Below, one piece after another: positions 15,837-26,041 of a stretch of 32,000 bases of DNA; positions within the stretch are counted from its first letter, which is position 1; each line of letters opens with the position of its first letter. The notes under the pieces are model-generated. The model was not told where the DNA came from and searched no databases. It saw nothing but the letters and a program-made list of their open reading frames with translations. The DNA lies in the NCBI RefSeq assembly GCF_007748075.1, contig NZ_CP036280.1, forward strand, positions 1,920,001 through 1,952,000, given 5' to 3'. The stretch comes from Mucisphaera calidilacus. Lineage in GTDB: Bacteria > Planctomycetota > Phycisphaerae > Phycisphaerales > Phycisphaeraceae. Both the position numbers and the translations under genes were made by a program.

Positions 15837-18527
15837 TCATCGGCGGGGTGTGAGGCGTCTGAGGAGGGTGGGGATGACGGTGAAGCAGGCGATAAGGGTG
15901 AGTGCGATGCCGGTGGTCATGAGGAGACCGAGGCCGGCCATGCCGCGGTGGTCGGCGAGGATGAGAGAGCCGAAGCCGATGAGGGTGAGTGAGCCGGTGA
16001 GGGCGATGGACCATCCGGTGCCGTCGGTGAGTCCGGGCCAGGTGACGCGAGGGTGGAGCCGGTAGCGGTGGAGGAGGTGGACGCCTGAGTCGACGCCGAC
16101 GCCGAAGAGCAGGGGCAGTCCGATGATGCTGGCGGGTGTGAGGGGCTGTTTGAATAGGGTGAGGAGTGTCGCGCCGAAGACCATGCCGATGAAGACGGGC
16201 AGGAGTGCGAGGGCGGCGTCGCGGAGCGAGCGGAGGTCGAGGGCGACGACGATGTAGACAAGGACAAAGGCGAGGATGCCGGCGAAGAGGTAGGAGCGTC
16301 GGATCAGTCGTCCGGATTCGTAGACCTGGAGCATGACGCCTGTGGCGTCGGTGTCGATGGTTCGGAGGTGCTCGACGAAGCGTGGGAGGAAGTGGGGGTC
16401 GAGCGCGTTGGTGATGCCTCGCGGGAGTCGGGGGTAGATCTCGATGGCGTACTGCTGGGGTGTGGTGTCGGAGACGAAGGTGGCGCGGAGGAGTTGCGGG
16501 ATCTCGTTGGGGTTGAGGGGTGTGGTGTCGGTGGCGGCGGTGAGCCAGTCGTGCATGCGCGCGCGTGTGTTGATGAGGTCGGCACGCAGGGCCTCGGTGG
16601 CGGCGGCGCGCTGGTTGTCGGAGATGGAAACGTGCATGGTGGCCCATCGCCTGGCGGCCTGGCGGGTCTGGTCGATCCACGGTGCGTCGGAGGTGATGTC
16701 GGCGAGGGTCGCGGTGGTGAGGGCGAGGCTGACGAGGGTGTTGATGCGGTCGAAGGCCTGTTGAGGGTCCTGGGGCAGCAGGTCGAGTTCGCGTGGGCAG
16801 GCGGTGATCTGCTGGTGGCGTGCGCGGAGTTGCTCGAGGCGTTGGGCTTCGTCGGGCGGGAAGAGCAAGGCGATGCCGCCAAGTTCACCGATGAGGTTGG
16901 CGTCGTCGTTGCGGAGTGTGCGTGTGCGTTCGCGTGCCTGTTCGAGTGAGTCGCAGATGCTGACGCCGTACCAGAGCGTGCGTCCACCATCGCGGACGAT
17001 GCGTTGCTGCCAGTCGACGGATTCGACGTGTCGGGGGAGGAGTCGGATGAGGTCGTCGTCGAAGCGGAGGTTCTGCGTGGTGAACCATGTCGCGGCGGCG
17101 GTGGCGGTGATGATCAGCACGAGGGGCAGCCATGCGAGGGTGGTGCGTGGCGGATCGTGGGGTGATTGAGGCGACCGACCTGAGCGGTGACGGGAGAGGG
17201 TGGCGAGGTGCTGGCGGCAGTACCAGAGGAGGCCGGGGAGTGTGAGGAGCGTGGCGATGAGGGCGAGCATGACGCCTGCTGCGGCGATGAGTCCCATCTC
17301 GGCGACGCCTGTGAAATCGGTGAGGAGCGTGGTGCCGAAGGCGAGTGCGGTGGTGAGGGCGCCGGTGATGAGTCCGGGTCCTGCGACGCGGCAGGCGGAG
17401 ACCACGGCGCGTTCGTAGCGTGCTTCGGTGATGTCGCGGTTGGCGGGGAGGCGGCGCATGAGGGCGGCGATGAGGTGGATGCTGAAGTCGGCGCCGAGTC
17501 CGAGGAGGATGGCGGTGAAGACGACGCTGATGATCTGGAGATGGCCGACGGCGAGTGTGGTGAAGCCAAAGGTCCATGCCATGGCGAGGGCGAGGGGTGT
17601 GGCGAGGGCGAGGGGGATGACGACGCCTCGGTAGCTGACGAGCAGGAGCAGGAGGATGAGAATGGCGGCGACGGTGCTGGTGATGGTGGCGTCGCGGACG
17701 GCGGCTGCGGTTTCGTCGGACTCGACGGTCTCGATGCCGGTGAGTCCGATGGCGAGTTCGGGGTGTTGGACGCGGAGGGTCTTGATCTGCTGTCGGATGG
17801 TGCGGATGGCGTCTTCGAAGGGTTCGAGGCTGGCGTTGTCGCGTGCGGGCCGGACGGTCATGAGCAGGAGGCGGTCGTTGTCGGTGGCGAGGTAGCGCGT
17901 GGCGCTGTCGATGTCGGCGAGGAGGTCTTCTTCGAGCGCGAGGGGCTGGCGTGGCGAGATCTCGTAGCGTTCGGCGAGGGCGTCGAGGAGGGTGGGGAGG
18001 ATGTCGAGTGCGGCGATGTCGTCGGCCTGCGGGCGGATGGTGAGGAAGGCGTCGAGGTCGGTGATGGCGAGCGCCTGGATGGCGGTGTCGATGTGCGCGA
18101 TGGCCTGGTTGAAGGTCTGGGTGTCGGCGAGCCGGAGGAGGCGTGGTCCGAGGTCTTCGGGCTTGAGTTTCCACCAGACCTCGTCGATGTGGGCCGTGGC
18201 TCGGAGTGTCTGGCCGAGTTGGTCCATGGCGTCGCGTGCGCGTTGGCGTGAGGTGTCGGTGATCTGCCCGTCGCGGCCGGCGGTGTCGGCGACGACAACG
18301 AGGTCTCCGCCGAGGTCGAAGCTGGTGCGCCAGTTGATGAAGCGCTGGTTCCAGTCGAGGTCGGTGTTGATGAGCGCGTTGCGGTCGGACGCGAAGCCGA
18401 GCCCGTAGACGGTGAGGACGACGGAGGCGACGGCGACGAGGAGGCTGGTGATCAGGATGGGTTTTCGCCAGCGGAAGGACCATCGAGCGAGGTCGATCAG
18501 GAGGCGGTCACGCCAGAGTTCGTGCAT
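15837..18527 (-). CDS. MMPL/RND-superfamily transporter (HpnN-like architecture)
   Basis: The 896-aa ORF is built from two repeats, each a TM helix, a large soluble loop and a 5-6 helix bundle (e.g. ISVVFTAILLGLGADFSIHLI and GLPLLFGVGVDSGVHLLHRY). The substrate is unknown. Confidence 0.8.
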   Translation of the reverse strand: MHELWRDRLLIDLARWSFRWRKPILITSLLVAVASVVLTVYGLGFASDRNALINTDLDWNQRFINWRTSFDLGGDLVVVADTAGRDGQITDTSRQRARDAMDQLGQTLRATAHIDEVWWKLKPEDLGPRLLRLADTQTFNQAIAHIDTAIQALAITDLDAFLTIRPQADDIAALDILPTLLDALAERYEISPRQPLALEEDLLADIDSATRYLATDNDRLLLMTVRPARDNASLEPFEDAIRTIRQQIKTLRVQHPELAIGLTGIETVESDETAAAVRDATITSTVAAILILLLLLVSYRGVVIPLALATPLALAMAWTFGFTTLAVGHLQIISVVFTAILLGLGADFSIHLIAALMRRLPANRDITEARYERAVVSACRVAGPGLITGALTTALAFGTTLLTDFTGVAEMGLIAAAGVMLALIATLLTLPGLLWYCRQHLATLSRHRSGRSPQSPHDPPRTTLAWLPLVLIITATAAATWFTTQNLRFDDDLIRLLPRHVESVDWQQRIVRDGGRTLWYGVSICDSLEQARERTRTLRNDDANLIGELGGIALLFPPDEAQRLEQLRARHQQITACPRELDLLPQDPQQAFDRINTLVSLALTTATLADITSDAPWIDQTRQAARRWATMHVSISDNQRAAATEALRADLINTRARMHDWLTAATDTTPLNPNEIPQLLRATFVSDTTPQQYAIEIYPRLPRGITNALDPHFLPRFVEHLRTIDTDATGVMLQVYESGRLIRRSYLFAGILAFVLVYIVVALDLRSLRDAALALLPVFIGMVFGATLLTLFKQPLTPASIIGLPLLFGVGVDSGVHLLHRYRLHPRVTWPGLTDGTGWSIALTGSLTLIGFGSLILADHRGMAGLGLLMTTGIALTLIACFTVIPTLLRRLTPRR

Positions 18528-18557
18528 AGGGCGGTGAGTTTAGAGGGTTGGTGTTGG

Positions 18558-20687
<2,130 letters not shown>

Positions 20688-20724
20688 CGGAGCATGATAG
20701 AGGGAGGGGTGTCGGGTGTTGGGT

Positions 20725-20759
20725 AAAAAAACAGACCCACGGTGTAGGCCGTGGGTCTG
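20725..20759 (-). terminator. Rho-independent terminator after PEP-CTERM gene 1
   Basis: A perfect 11-bp stem pairs cagacccacgg (20732-20742) with ccgtgggtctg (20749-20759) around a 6-nt loop. On the minus strand it is followed by a T7 run (the + strand A-run at 20725-20731). Confidence 0.85.
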
Positions 20760-20783
20760 CGAGAGAGAGCGAGGGGTTTGGTA

Positions 20784-21494
20784 TCAGTGGCCGCGGCGGG
20801 CGATACCGAAGAGGCCGAGTGCGAGCAGGGCTGCCGAGGCGGGCTCGGGAACCAGGTCGACGTCGATCTTGGCCAGCTTCTTCTTGATGAGGCCGGCGGT
20901 TGCTTCGCTGGTCGCGACGGAGAGGGTGTTGTCGAAGGTGAGGGTCAGGCCGGTGACGTTGCCAGCGACGAGGCTGTCGATGTCAACGGTGAGGTCGCCG
21001 GTCCAGGGCACGCCGACCGCGATGCCGTCGGCGAGGGCGAAGACGCCGCCGCTGGGCGAGAAGACGAGGTTCGCGATGACTTCGGGGCCGTCGACCGCGA
21101 CGCCATCGACTTCGGTGATGTCGATGAAGACGGGGGCGGCGACGCTGGCGATGGCGAAGGCCTGGGTGTCACCGATGAGGGTGTAGTCGCCAGACTCGAA
21201 GATGGTCAGCGTGTCGATGCCGACGCCGTTGGTGGTGATCTCGGTGCGGAGCTGGCTGTCCACGATCTTGGCACCGGCACCGTTCGACTCGGAGCCGAAT
21301 TCGATGGGGCCGAAGGTTAGGGCATCACCGGCGACGTTCGGGGCGTCGAACAGTGGGAGCGGAGCGGTGTTCGACGACTCGGTCACGTCGGTGAACGTGA
21401 CGTTGTCGGAAACAAACGTTCCGTAGTTGATCGAAGCGGCCTGAGCCACTCCGGCAAGTGCAAGTGTCGCGATCAGTGAAAACTTGGTGTTCAT
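20784..21494 (-). CDS. PEP-CTERM sorting domain protein (paralog 1)
   Basis: The signal peptide is MNTKFSLIATLALAGVAQA. The C-terminus VPEPASAALLALGLFGIARRGH has the PEP motif, a TM helix and a basic tail. An AGGAGG SD lies about 10 nt upstream. Confidence 0.9.
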   Translation of the reverse strand: MNTKFSLIATLALAGVAQAASINYGTFVSDNVTFTDVTESSNTAPLPLFDAPNVAGDALTFGPIEFGSESNGAGAKIVDSQLRTEITTNGVGIDTLTIFESGDYTLIGDTQAFAIASVAAPVFIDITEVDGVAVDGPEVIANLVFSPSGGVFALADGIAVGVPWTGDLTVDIDSLVAGNVTGLTLTFDNTLSVATSEATAGLIKKKLAKIDVDLVPEPASAALLALGLFGIARRGH

Positions 21495-21574
21495 CTCGGT
21501 CTCTCCTCCTGGCCTTAAGGCTAGGGACTTCGAGTATCAATCGGCTGGCCATCCACCACCAGCACTCAGTTCGA

Positions 21575-21602
21575 AGTATACGGGCAGAGGCGTGCGATGC
21601 AA
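21575..21602 (-). promoter_or_regulatory. Candidate sigma70-type promoter of PEP-CTERM gene 1
   Basis: On the minus strand: TTGCAT (21602-21597), a 16-nt spacer and TATACT (21580-21575). This predicts a 5' UTR of about 70-75 nt. Confidence 0.45.
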
Positions 21603-21728
21603 GGCTGCTTTAGGACTCTCGCGATATTCTCACATTTTTCTGGTGACAGAGGGTTTGCCAGGGACGCCAGGCTACCCAGATTAACAGGCATGGGGGATAT
21701 TCCGGATTATTTGCGTGAGGGTGGCGAC

Positions 21729-21763
21729 AAAAAAACCGCCTCATCGTTTGAAGGATGAGGCGG
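21729..21763 (-). terminator. Rho-independent terminator after PEP-CTERM gene 2
   Basis: A 10-bp stem pairs ccgcctcatc (21736-21745) with gatgaggcgg (21754-21763) around an 8-nt loop. On the minus strand it is followed by T7 (the + strand A-run at 21729-21735). The + side also has TTTT, so it may act in both directions. Confidence 0.85.
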
Positions 21764-21791
21764 TTTTGGTGTTGGATTGGGTGTGGTTCGC

Positions 21792-22535
21792 TCAGGAACG
21801 GCGGGCGAGGCCGAGGAGGCCGAGGGCCAGCAGAGCGGCGGAGGCGGGCTCGGGGACGTCGGTTTCGGTGATGATCACGACGCCGTCGGAGTCCTTCTTC
21901 TTGATGAAGGCGGAGCTGGTGCTGTCGGAGAAGGCAACGAGTGTGTTGTCGAAGCTGACGAGGGCCTTGGTGACCTGTCCGCCTTCGAACGGGCTGCCGA
22001 CGAGCATATCGAGGAAGTCGATGGTGATGGTGCCGGCGAAGACGCCGGAGAGGACACCGCCGGCGGCGGGCAGCACGAATTCGTTGCCGGTGGCGAAGAC
22101 CAGCTCGTCGACGAGGACGGGGCCGCTGACGTCGACGCCGTTGACGCCGAGGATGGCGATGTGGACCGGGGTGGCAACCGAGGCGTAAGCCGTGGCACCC
22201 GGGCCGCCGATCACGGTGTAATCGCCTTCTTCTTCGATGGTGAGCGTGGTGAGGCCGACGCCTGCGTCGTTGGCGCTGAGCATGAACTGGAGCTGGCTGT
22301 CGGTGAGATCGATGCTGGGTGCCGAGGCATCGAAGTTGATCGGGTTGAAGTCAAGGGCGTCGCCAGCGATGGTCGGTGCACCGAAGAGGGGCAGCGGCTT
22401 GGTGCTGGATTCCTTGACATCGGTGTAGGTGACGTTGTCGCCCACGAAGGTGCCGTAGCTGTTGGTTGCGGCCGTGGCCGAACCGGCAAAGGCAATCGTG
22501 GCCACGAGGGCGACCGCGGTGTTCATTGACTTCAT
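21792..22535 (-). CDS. PEP-CTERM sorting domain protein (paralog 2)
   Basis: The protein starts MKSMNTAVALVATIAFAGSATA and ends DVPEPASAALLALGLLGLARRS. It is homologous to paralog 1 throughout: YGTFVxDNVTxTDVxESS..PLPLFxAP..AGDAL, DSQL, GDYTxIG, FDNTL, IKKK. A GGGAGA SD lies upstream of the ATG at 22535. The track's upstream extension to 22760 is not coding. Confidence 0.88.
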   Translation of the reverse strand: MKSMNTAVALVATIAFAGSATAATNSYGTFVGDNVTYTDVKESSTKPLPLFGAPTIAGDALDFNPINFDASAPSIDLTDSQLQFMLSANDAGVGLTTLTIEEEGDYTVIGGPGATAYASVATPVHIAILGVNGVDVSGPVLVDELVFATGNEFVLPAAGGVLSGVFAGTITIDFLDMLVGSPFEGGQVTKALVSFDNTLVAFSDSTSSAFIKKKDSDGVVIITETDVPEPASAALLALGLLGLARRS

Positions 22536-22596
22536 CTCTTGCATCTCCCGCCTTGTAAGCAGTAACAGATTGGTACTGGTGTTATTCTCCGACCTT

Positions 22597-22625
22597 ACAA
22601 TATTCGGTTGTTGGGCCTGATGCAA
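22597..22625 (-). promoter_or_regulatory. Candidate sigma70-type promoter of PEP-CTERM gene 2
   Basis: On the minus strand: TTGCAT (22625-22620), a 17-nt spacer and TATTGT (22602-22597). The -35 hexamer is the same as in the paralog 1 promoter. This predicts a 5' UTR of about 55 nt. Confidence 0.4.
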
Positions 22626-22699
22626 TAGAAAGAGCGGGTAATGTCCCAAAATTAACGATTCCTGAAAGAGAATCTGGGTATCTTCGGGTGTTTGGAGCT

Positions 22700-25099
22700 T
22701 TAGGAAGCGCCAATGGTGAGTTTGACTTCTGCGGACCGGACGGGGCTTGCGCTGAGCCATTGCGGGTCTTGCGCGATGGTCCGGCCGTCCTGATCAACCT
22801 GGCCGAAGGAGAGGACGCCTGTGGGGCAGGACTGGACGCAGGCTGAACAGCGCACACACTCGACGTCCTGCATGGGGCGTCCCTTGTTGGCGAAGTTCAT
22901 GACGTCGATGCCCTGGTGGCAGACGGACGTACAGACGTTGCAGGAGATGCACTTTTTCTTCTCCGGGATGATGGCGAAGCGGCTGAAACGGGCATAAATG
23001 TGCATCAGGGCGGCGAGGGGGCAGGCGAATCGGCACCAGACCCGTCCTGAGAAGTGGAAGTAGAGGCCGAATCCGAGGATGCCGGCCCAGAGCAGGTCGA
23101 CGAACCAGGCGTAGTTGAGGCCGGGGAGGTAGCCGCCGTATTCAGAGGTATTGAGCAGTCCGGTGTAGACGCCTTCGGCCCAGCCGAATCCGGGCAGCCA
23201 CCACGATGCAAGTCTCAGTACCAGAATGAGTAAGGCGAGACCGAGGAAAACCTGGCCGATCATGTTGAGTCGGTTCCAGAAGGGTCCGTGGGGCATTTTG
23301 TGGCGGTGTTTGTCGCCAAGAGTCTCGGCCATGGCCCCGCAGGAACAGATCCACCCGCAGTAGACGCCCTTACCGAAGTAGTAGATGCCGATGGGGATGA
23401 GGACGAAGGTCTGGAGGAGGCTGATGATCAGCCATCCCCATAAGGGTTGGTGGGTGAAGATGTTCCAGAGGAAGAGCGGCCAGGCGAGGATCAGGCCGAA
23501 GGCGCGCCAGTACTCGCGGCCGTTGGGGTCGTAGTCGACCTCGGGGAAGAGGCTGTCAGCGATGGTTTTGCCAAGGCCGGCGTCGAAGAGGCCGAGGTGG
23601 CCCATCCAGGGAAAGACGATGTAGGGCAGGAGGAAGAGGGGGATGCACTGGATCAGCATCAGGGTGGTGGTCTGGGCGGTGATGTAGGGCGTTTTGCGTC
23701 GGTTGATGCGTCGGATGCCAAAGACCACGATCAGGGAGCAATAGAGGAGTGAGAACCAGAAGCCGGGCGAGCCGGATGAGAGGACGAAGGTTCCGACGGG
23801 GTTGGCGGGGTTGTTAAAGATGGAGCCGAGGGCGTTGAACCATTCGGGCAGGAAGTGGGGGAACCAGTTTCGTTCGGAGAAGAACTCGGCGATGGGGAGC
23901 CATGTGCCGGGTTTTTTCCATTGATAAAAGAAGGTAAAGATGGCGAGCATCAGGACGAGCGTGGCCCACCACGTGGTGTTGCGTTCGCCAGAGATGTTGA
24001 CGCCTGAGCGTCGGAAGAAGTCGAGTGGTGGTTCACGGCCGATCATGGGGAAGACGGCGTCGTTGTCGATGGTCTGGTCGTTGCCGTCGGCGTCGGTGAT
24101 GGTGACGGTGTCTTCGGTGATTTCCTTGACGCTGGAGGCCATCATGAGGGTAACGGAGCCGGTCATGCCTTTGGGACGCAGGGTGTGGTCGGCGGCGGTG
24201 GTGACGCGTTCGGAGGTGGGGTTGTCGATGCCGACGGGTGCTTCGGGGTCGTTGTCGAGGGCCTGGAGTTTTTCGATGTTCTCCGGCTTGGGGCGTGAGA
24301 ACTCGGGCTTGCGATAGGAGAGGGTGACGTTGGCGCCGCAGGTTCCGAGGGCGATGGCGGCTTCCATGGCGGAGTCGCCGCCGCCGACGACGAGTACGTT
24401 CTGGCTGCAGTAGTCTTTTGGGTCGTGGAGTCGGTTGGCGACTTTGTCGAGCTTTTCTCCGGGGACGCCGAGCTTGCGGAAGTTTCCTGAGCGTCCGATG
24501 CCAACGATGACGCGGTGGGCCTTGACGGGTTCCTGTTTGGGGATCACGAGTTCAAAGGTTTTTCCCGTGCGTTTGACGTGTTCGACGCGGGCCTTGATGG
24601 GTTCGATGCCTTGCTCGAGGGTCTGTTCGTGGAGGTCTTCGAGGAGCCCTTCCTTGAAGTCGGCTTTGTCGTGGAACTGGAGGTCGCCGGCCGGCGTCAT
24701 GTCGGTCGGGTAGGTGAAGATCGGCTTGGCTTTGGGGAAGTTGACGATGGTGGAGTAGGGTTCGGCGGCTTCGAACAGTTTGTAGGAGAGGCCCTGTTTC
24801 CTGGCTTCGATGGCGGCGGCGAAGCCTGAAACCCCCCCGCCGATGATGGCGATGTCGACCGTTTCGGGGTCGGAGAGGCTTCGGTTCTGGAAGGCGTTGT
24901 CCGTGGCGATGGTCTGTACGGCCCGGGCACCGGTGTCGGCGGAGAACTTGAGGAGGGGAATGCCGGTGAGGTCGCCGACGACGTAGAGGCCGGAGACGTT
25001 GGTGGTGCCGTCGGGCTGGACGACGGGGAGTTTTTCGACGGTTCCTGCGGGCCACTGGCCGTGGAGCCAGTGGTAGTAGCTGGCGACGAGTCCGAGCAT
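22700..25099 (-). CDS. Fusion protein: TrxR-like FAD/NAD(P) oxidoreductase, polytopic NapH/YccM-like membrane domain and 2x[4Fe-4S] ferredoxin
   Basis: The FAD motif is DIAIIGGGVSGFAAAIEARKQGLSYKLFE and the NAD(P) motif is VLVVGGGDSAMEAAIAL. Several TM helices follow. NapH-type Cys motifs are YCGWICSCGA and WCRFACPLAAL. The ferredoxin motifs are CISCNVCTSVCHQG and CVRCSACVQSCPTG. Confidence 0.8.
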   Translation of the reverse strand: MLGLVASYYHWLHGQWPAGTVEKLPVVQPDGTTNVSGLYVVGDLTGIPLLKFSADTGARAVQTIATDNAFQNRSLSDPETVDIAIIGGGVSGFAAAIEARKQGLSYKLFEAAEPYSTIVNFPKAKPIFTYPTDMTPAGDLQFHDKADFKEGLLEDLHEQTLEQGIEPIKARVEHVKRTGKTFELVIPKQEPVKAHRVIVGIGRSGNFRKLGVPGEKLDKVANRLHDPKDYCSQNVLVVGGGDSAMEAAIALGTCGANVTLSYRKPEFSRPKPENIEKLQALDNDPEAPVGIDNPTSERVTTAADHTLRPKGMTGSVTLMMASSVKEITEDTVTITDADGNDQTIDNDAVFPMIGREPPLDFFRRSGVNISGERNTTWWATLVLMLAIFTFFYQWKKPGTWLPIAEFFSERNWFPHFLPEWFNALGSIFNNPANPVGTFVLSSGSPGFWFSLLYCSLIVVFGIRRINRRKTPYITAQTTTLMLIQCIPLFLLPYIVFPWMGHLGLFDAGLGKTIADSLFPEVDYDPNGREYWRAFGLILAWPLFLWNIFTHQPLWGWLIISLLQTFVLIPIGIYYFGKGVYCGWICSCGAMAETLGDKHRHKMPHGPFWNRLNMIGQVFLGLALLILVLRLASWWLPGFGWAEGVYTGLLNTSEYGGYLPGLNYAWFVDLLWAGILGFGLYFHFSGRVWCRFACPLAALMHIYARFSRFAIIPEKKKCISCNVCTSVCHQGIDVMNFANKGRPMQDVECVRCSACVQSCPTGVLSFGQVDQDGRTIAQDPQWLSASPVRSAEVKLTIGAS

Positions 25100-25129
25100 G
25101 CTGATCCCTTCTTCGGAACTGGACGGTGG

Positions 25130-25927
25130 TTAGCGCTGGGCGTTGAGGTCCCAGCTGTAGTCGATGTACTGGATGCGTGGTTTGCGGCCGCGGTCGAGGG
25201 TGCGTTTGAGGTCGGGGAGATACCGGGCGGCGTAGTCTTCGACGGAGCCGGAGGCGCCGATGAAGTCCTGGGCGTACCACTCGTAGAGTTTGGTGAGGTG
25301 GAGGGTGTTGCGGCGTGTGTCGTAGTAGGCCCAGCGTCGGTCTTTGTGGGAGGCGGCGGTGGCCTGCTCGAGTTGCCGTTCGAGATTCTCGGCGGTGTAG
25401 GCGTGCCGGCGGAGGATGGGGCAGCTCTCGGCGGCGCAGACGAGGACGAAGTGGATTCGCGGCTCGTTGTAGACGGGTCGGATGAGTTTGTGTTCGATCT
25501 GGTCGAGGCTGTAGCGGCTGCCGGCGATGTTCCATCGGCGGTGGTTCCAGCGTCGCGCCTCGGGGATGTCCATGATGGTTTTGAGGTTGCCGTTGTCGTA
25601 GTACTCGGTGATGAGCTTGAGGGTGAAGGCGTTGTAGGCGTTGATGAGCAGGGCGAGTTGGGCGTCGTCCTCGAGGGTGTCGAAATCGACACGGGCGAGG
25701 GATTCGATATAGGCGTCGAGCGGCTGGGGGTTGCGGGCGAGGGCGGCGTAATTGACACGGCCCTCGTCGTTGACGTGGGCCTTGAGGATGGCGTCGAAGG
25801 GTGCGTGGTCGACGGCGGTGCCGGTGGCGTTGCGCGCGATGCCCCGGATCCCGCCGAGCTGGGCGGTGAGTGTGGCGGGGGCGGTGAGGAGGAGAACGAG
25901 GATGAGGGCGAGGGTGCGGGTGAGCAT
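25130..25927 (-). CDS. DUF547 domain protein, secreted
   Basis: The signal peptide is MLTRTLALILVLLLTAPATLTAQ. DUF547-like blocks are LLINAYNAFTLKLI and RIHFVLVCAAESCPIL. It ends 30 nt upstream of the oxidoreductase fusion gene on the same strand. Confidence 0.75.
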   Translation of the reverse strand: MLTRTLALILVLLLTAPATLTAQLGGIRGIARNATGTAVDHAPFDAILKAHVNDEGRVNYAALARNPQPLDAYIESLARVDFDTLEDDAQLALLINAYNAFTLKLITEYYDNGNLKTIMDIPEARRWNHRRWNIAGSRYSLDQIEHKLIRPVYNEPRIHFVLVCAAESCPILRRHAYTAENLERQLEQATAASHKDRRWAYYDTRRNTLHLTKLYEWYAQDFIGASGSVEDYAARYLPDLKRTLDRGRKPRIQYIDYSWDLNAQR

Positions 25928-26041
25928 GAGGTGCGTCTCGGTGGGGTGTTGCTACGGGAAAGCTAACGCGGGCTTGTGTCGGATGATTCCCTTTATGGCG
26001 TAGAAAATCGGCGGCTGTGGTTTTCGATCTAGAATGGCGAC

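Noticed and set aside
15817-18483. Long same-strand alternative-frame ORFs lie inside the MMPL gene (15817-16680 at 287 aa, 16885-18483 at 532 aa).
   Set aside because: They are extremely P/R/H-rich with no domain signatures, whereas the in-frame MMPL reading gives coherent TM bundles.
22536-22760. The track adds a 75-aa N-terminal extension to PEP-CTERM paralog 2, overlapping the end of the oxidoreductase gene.
   Set aside because: The signal peptide and the homology to paralog 1 begin at MKSMNTAV, with an SD upstream. The extension runs through AT-rich promoter-like sequence.
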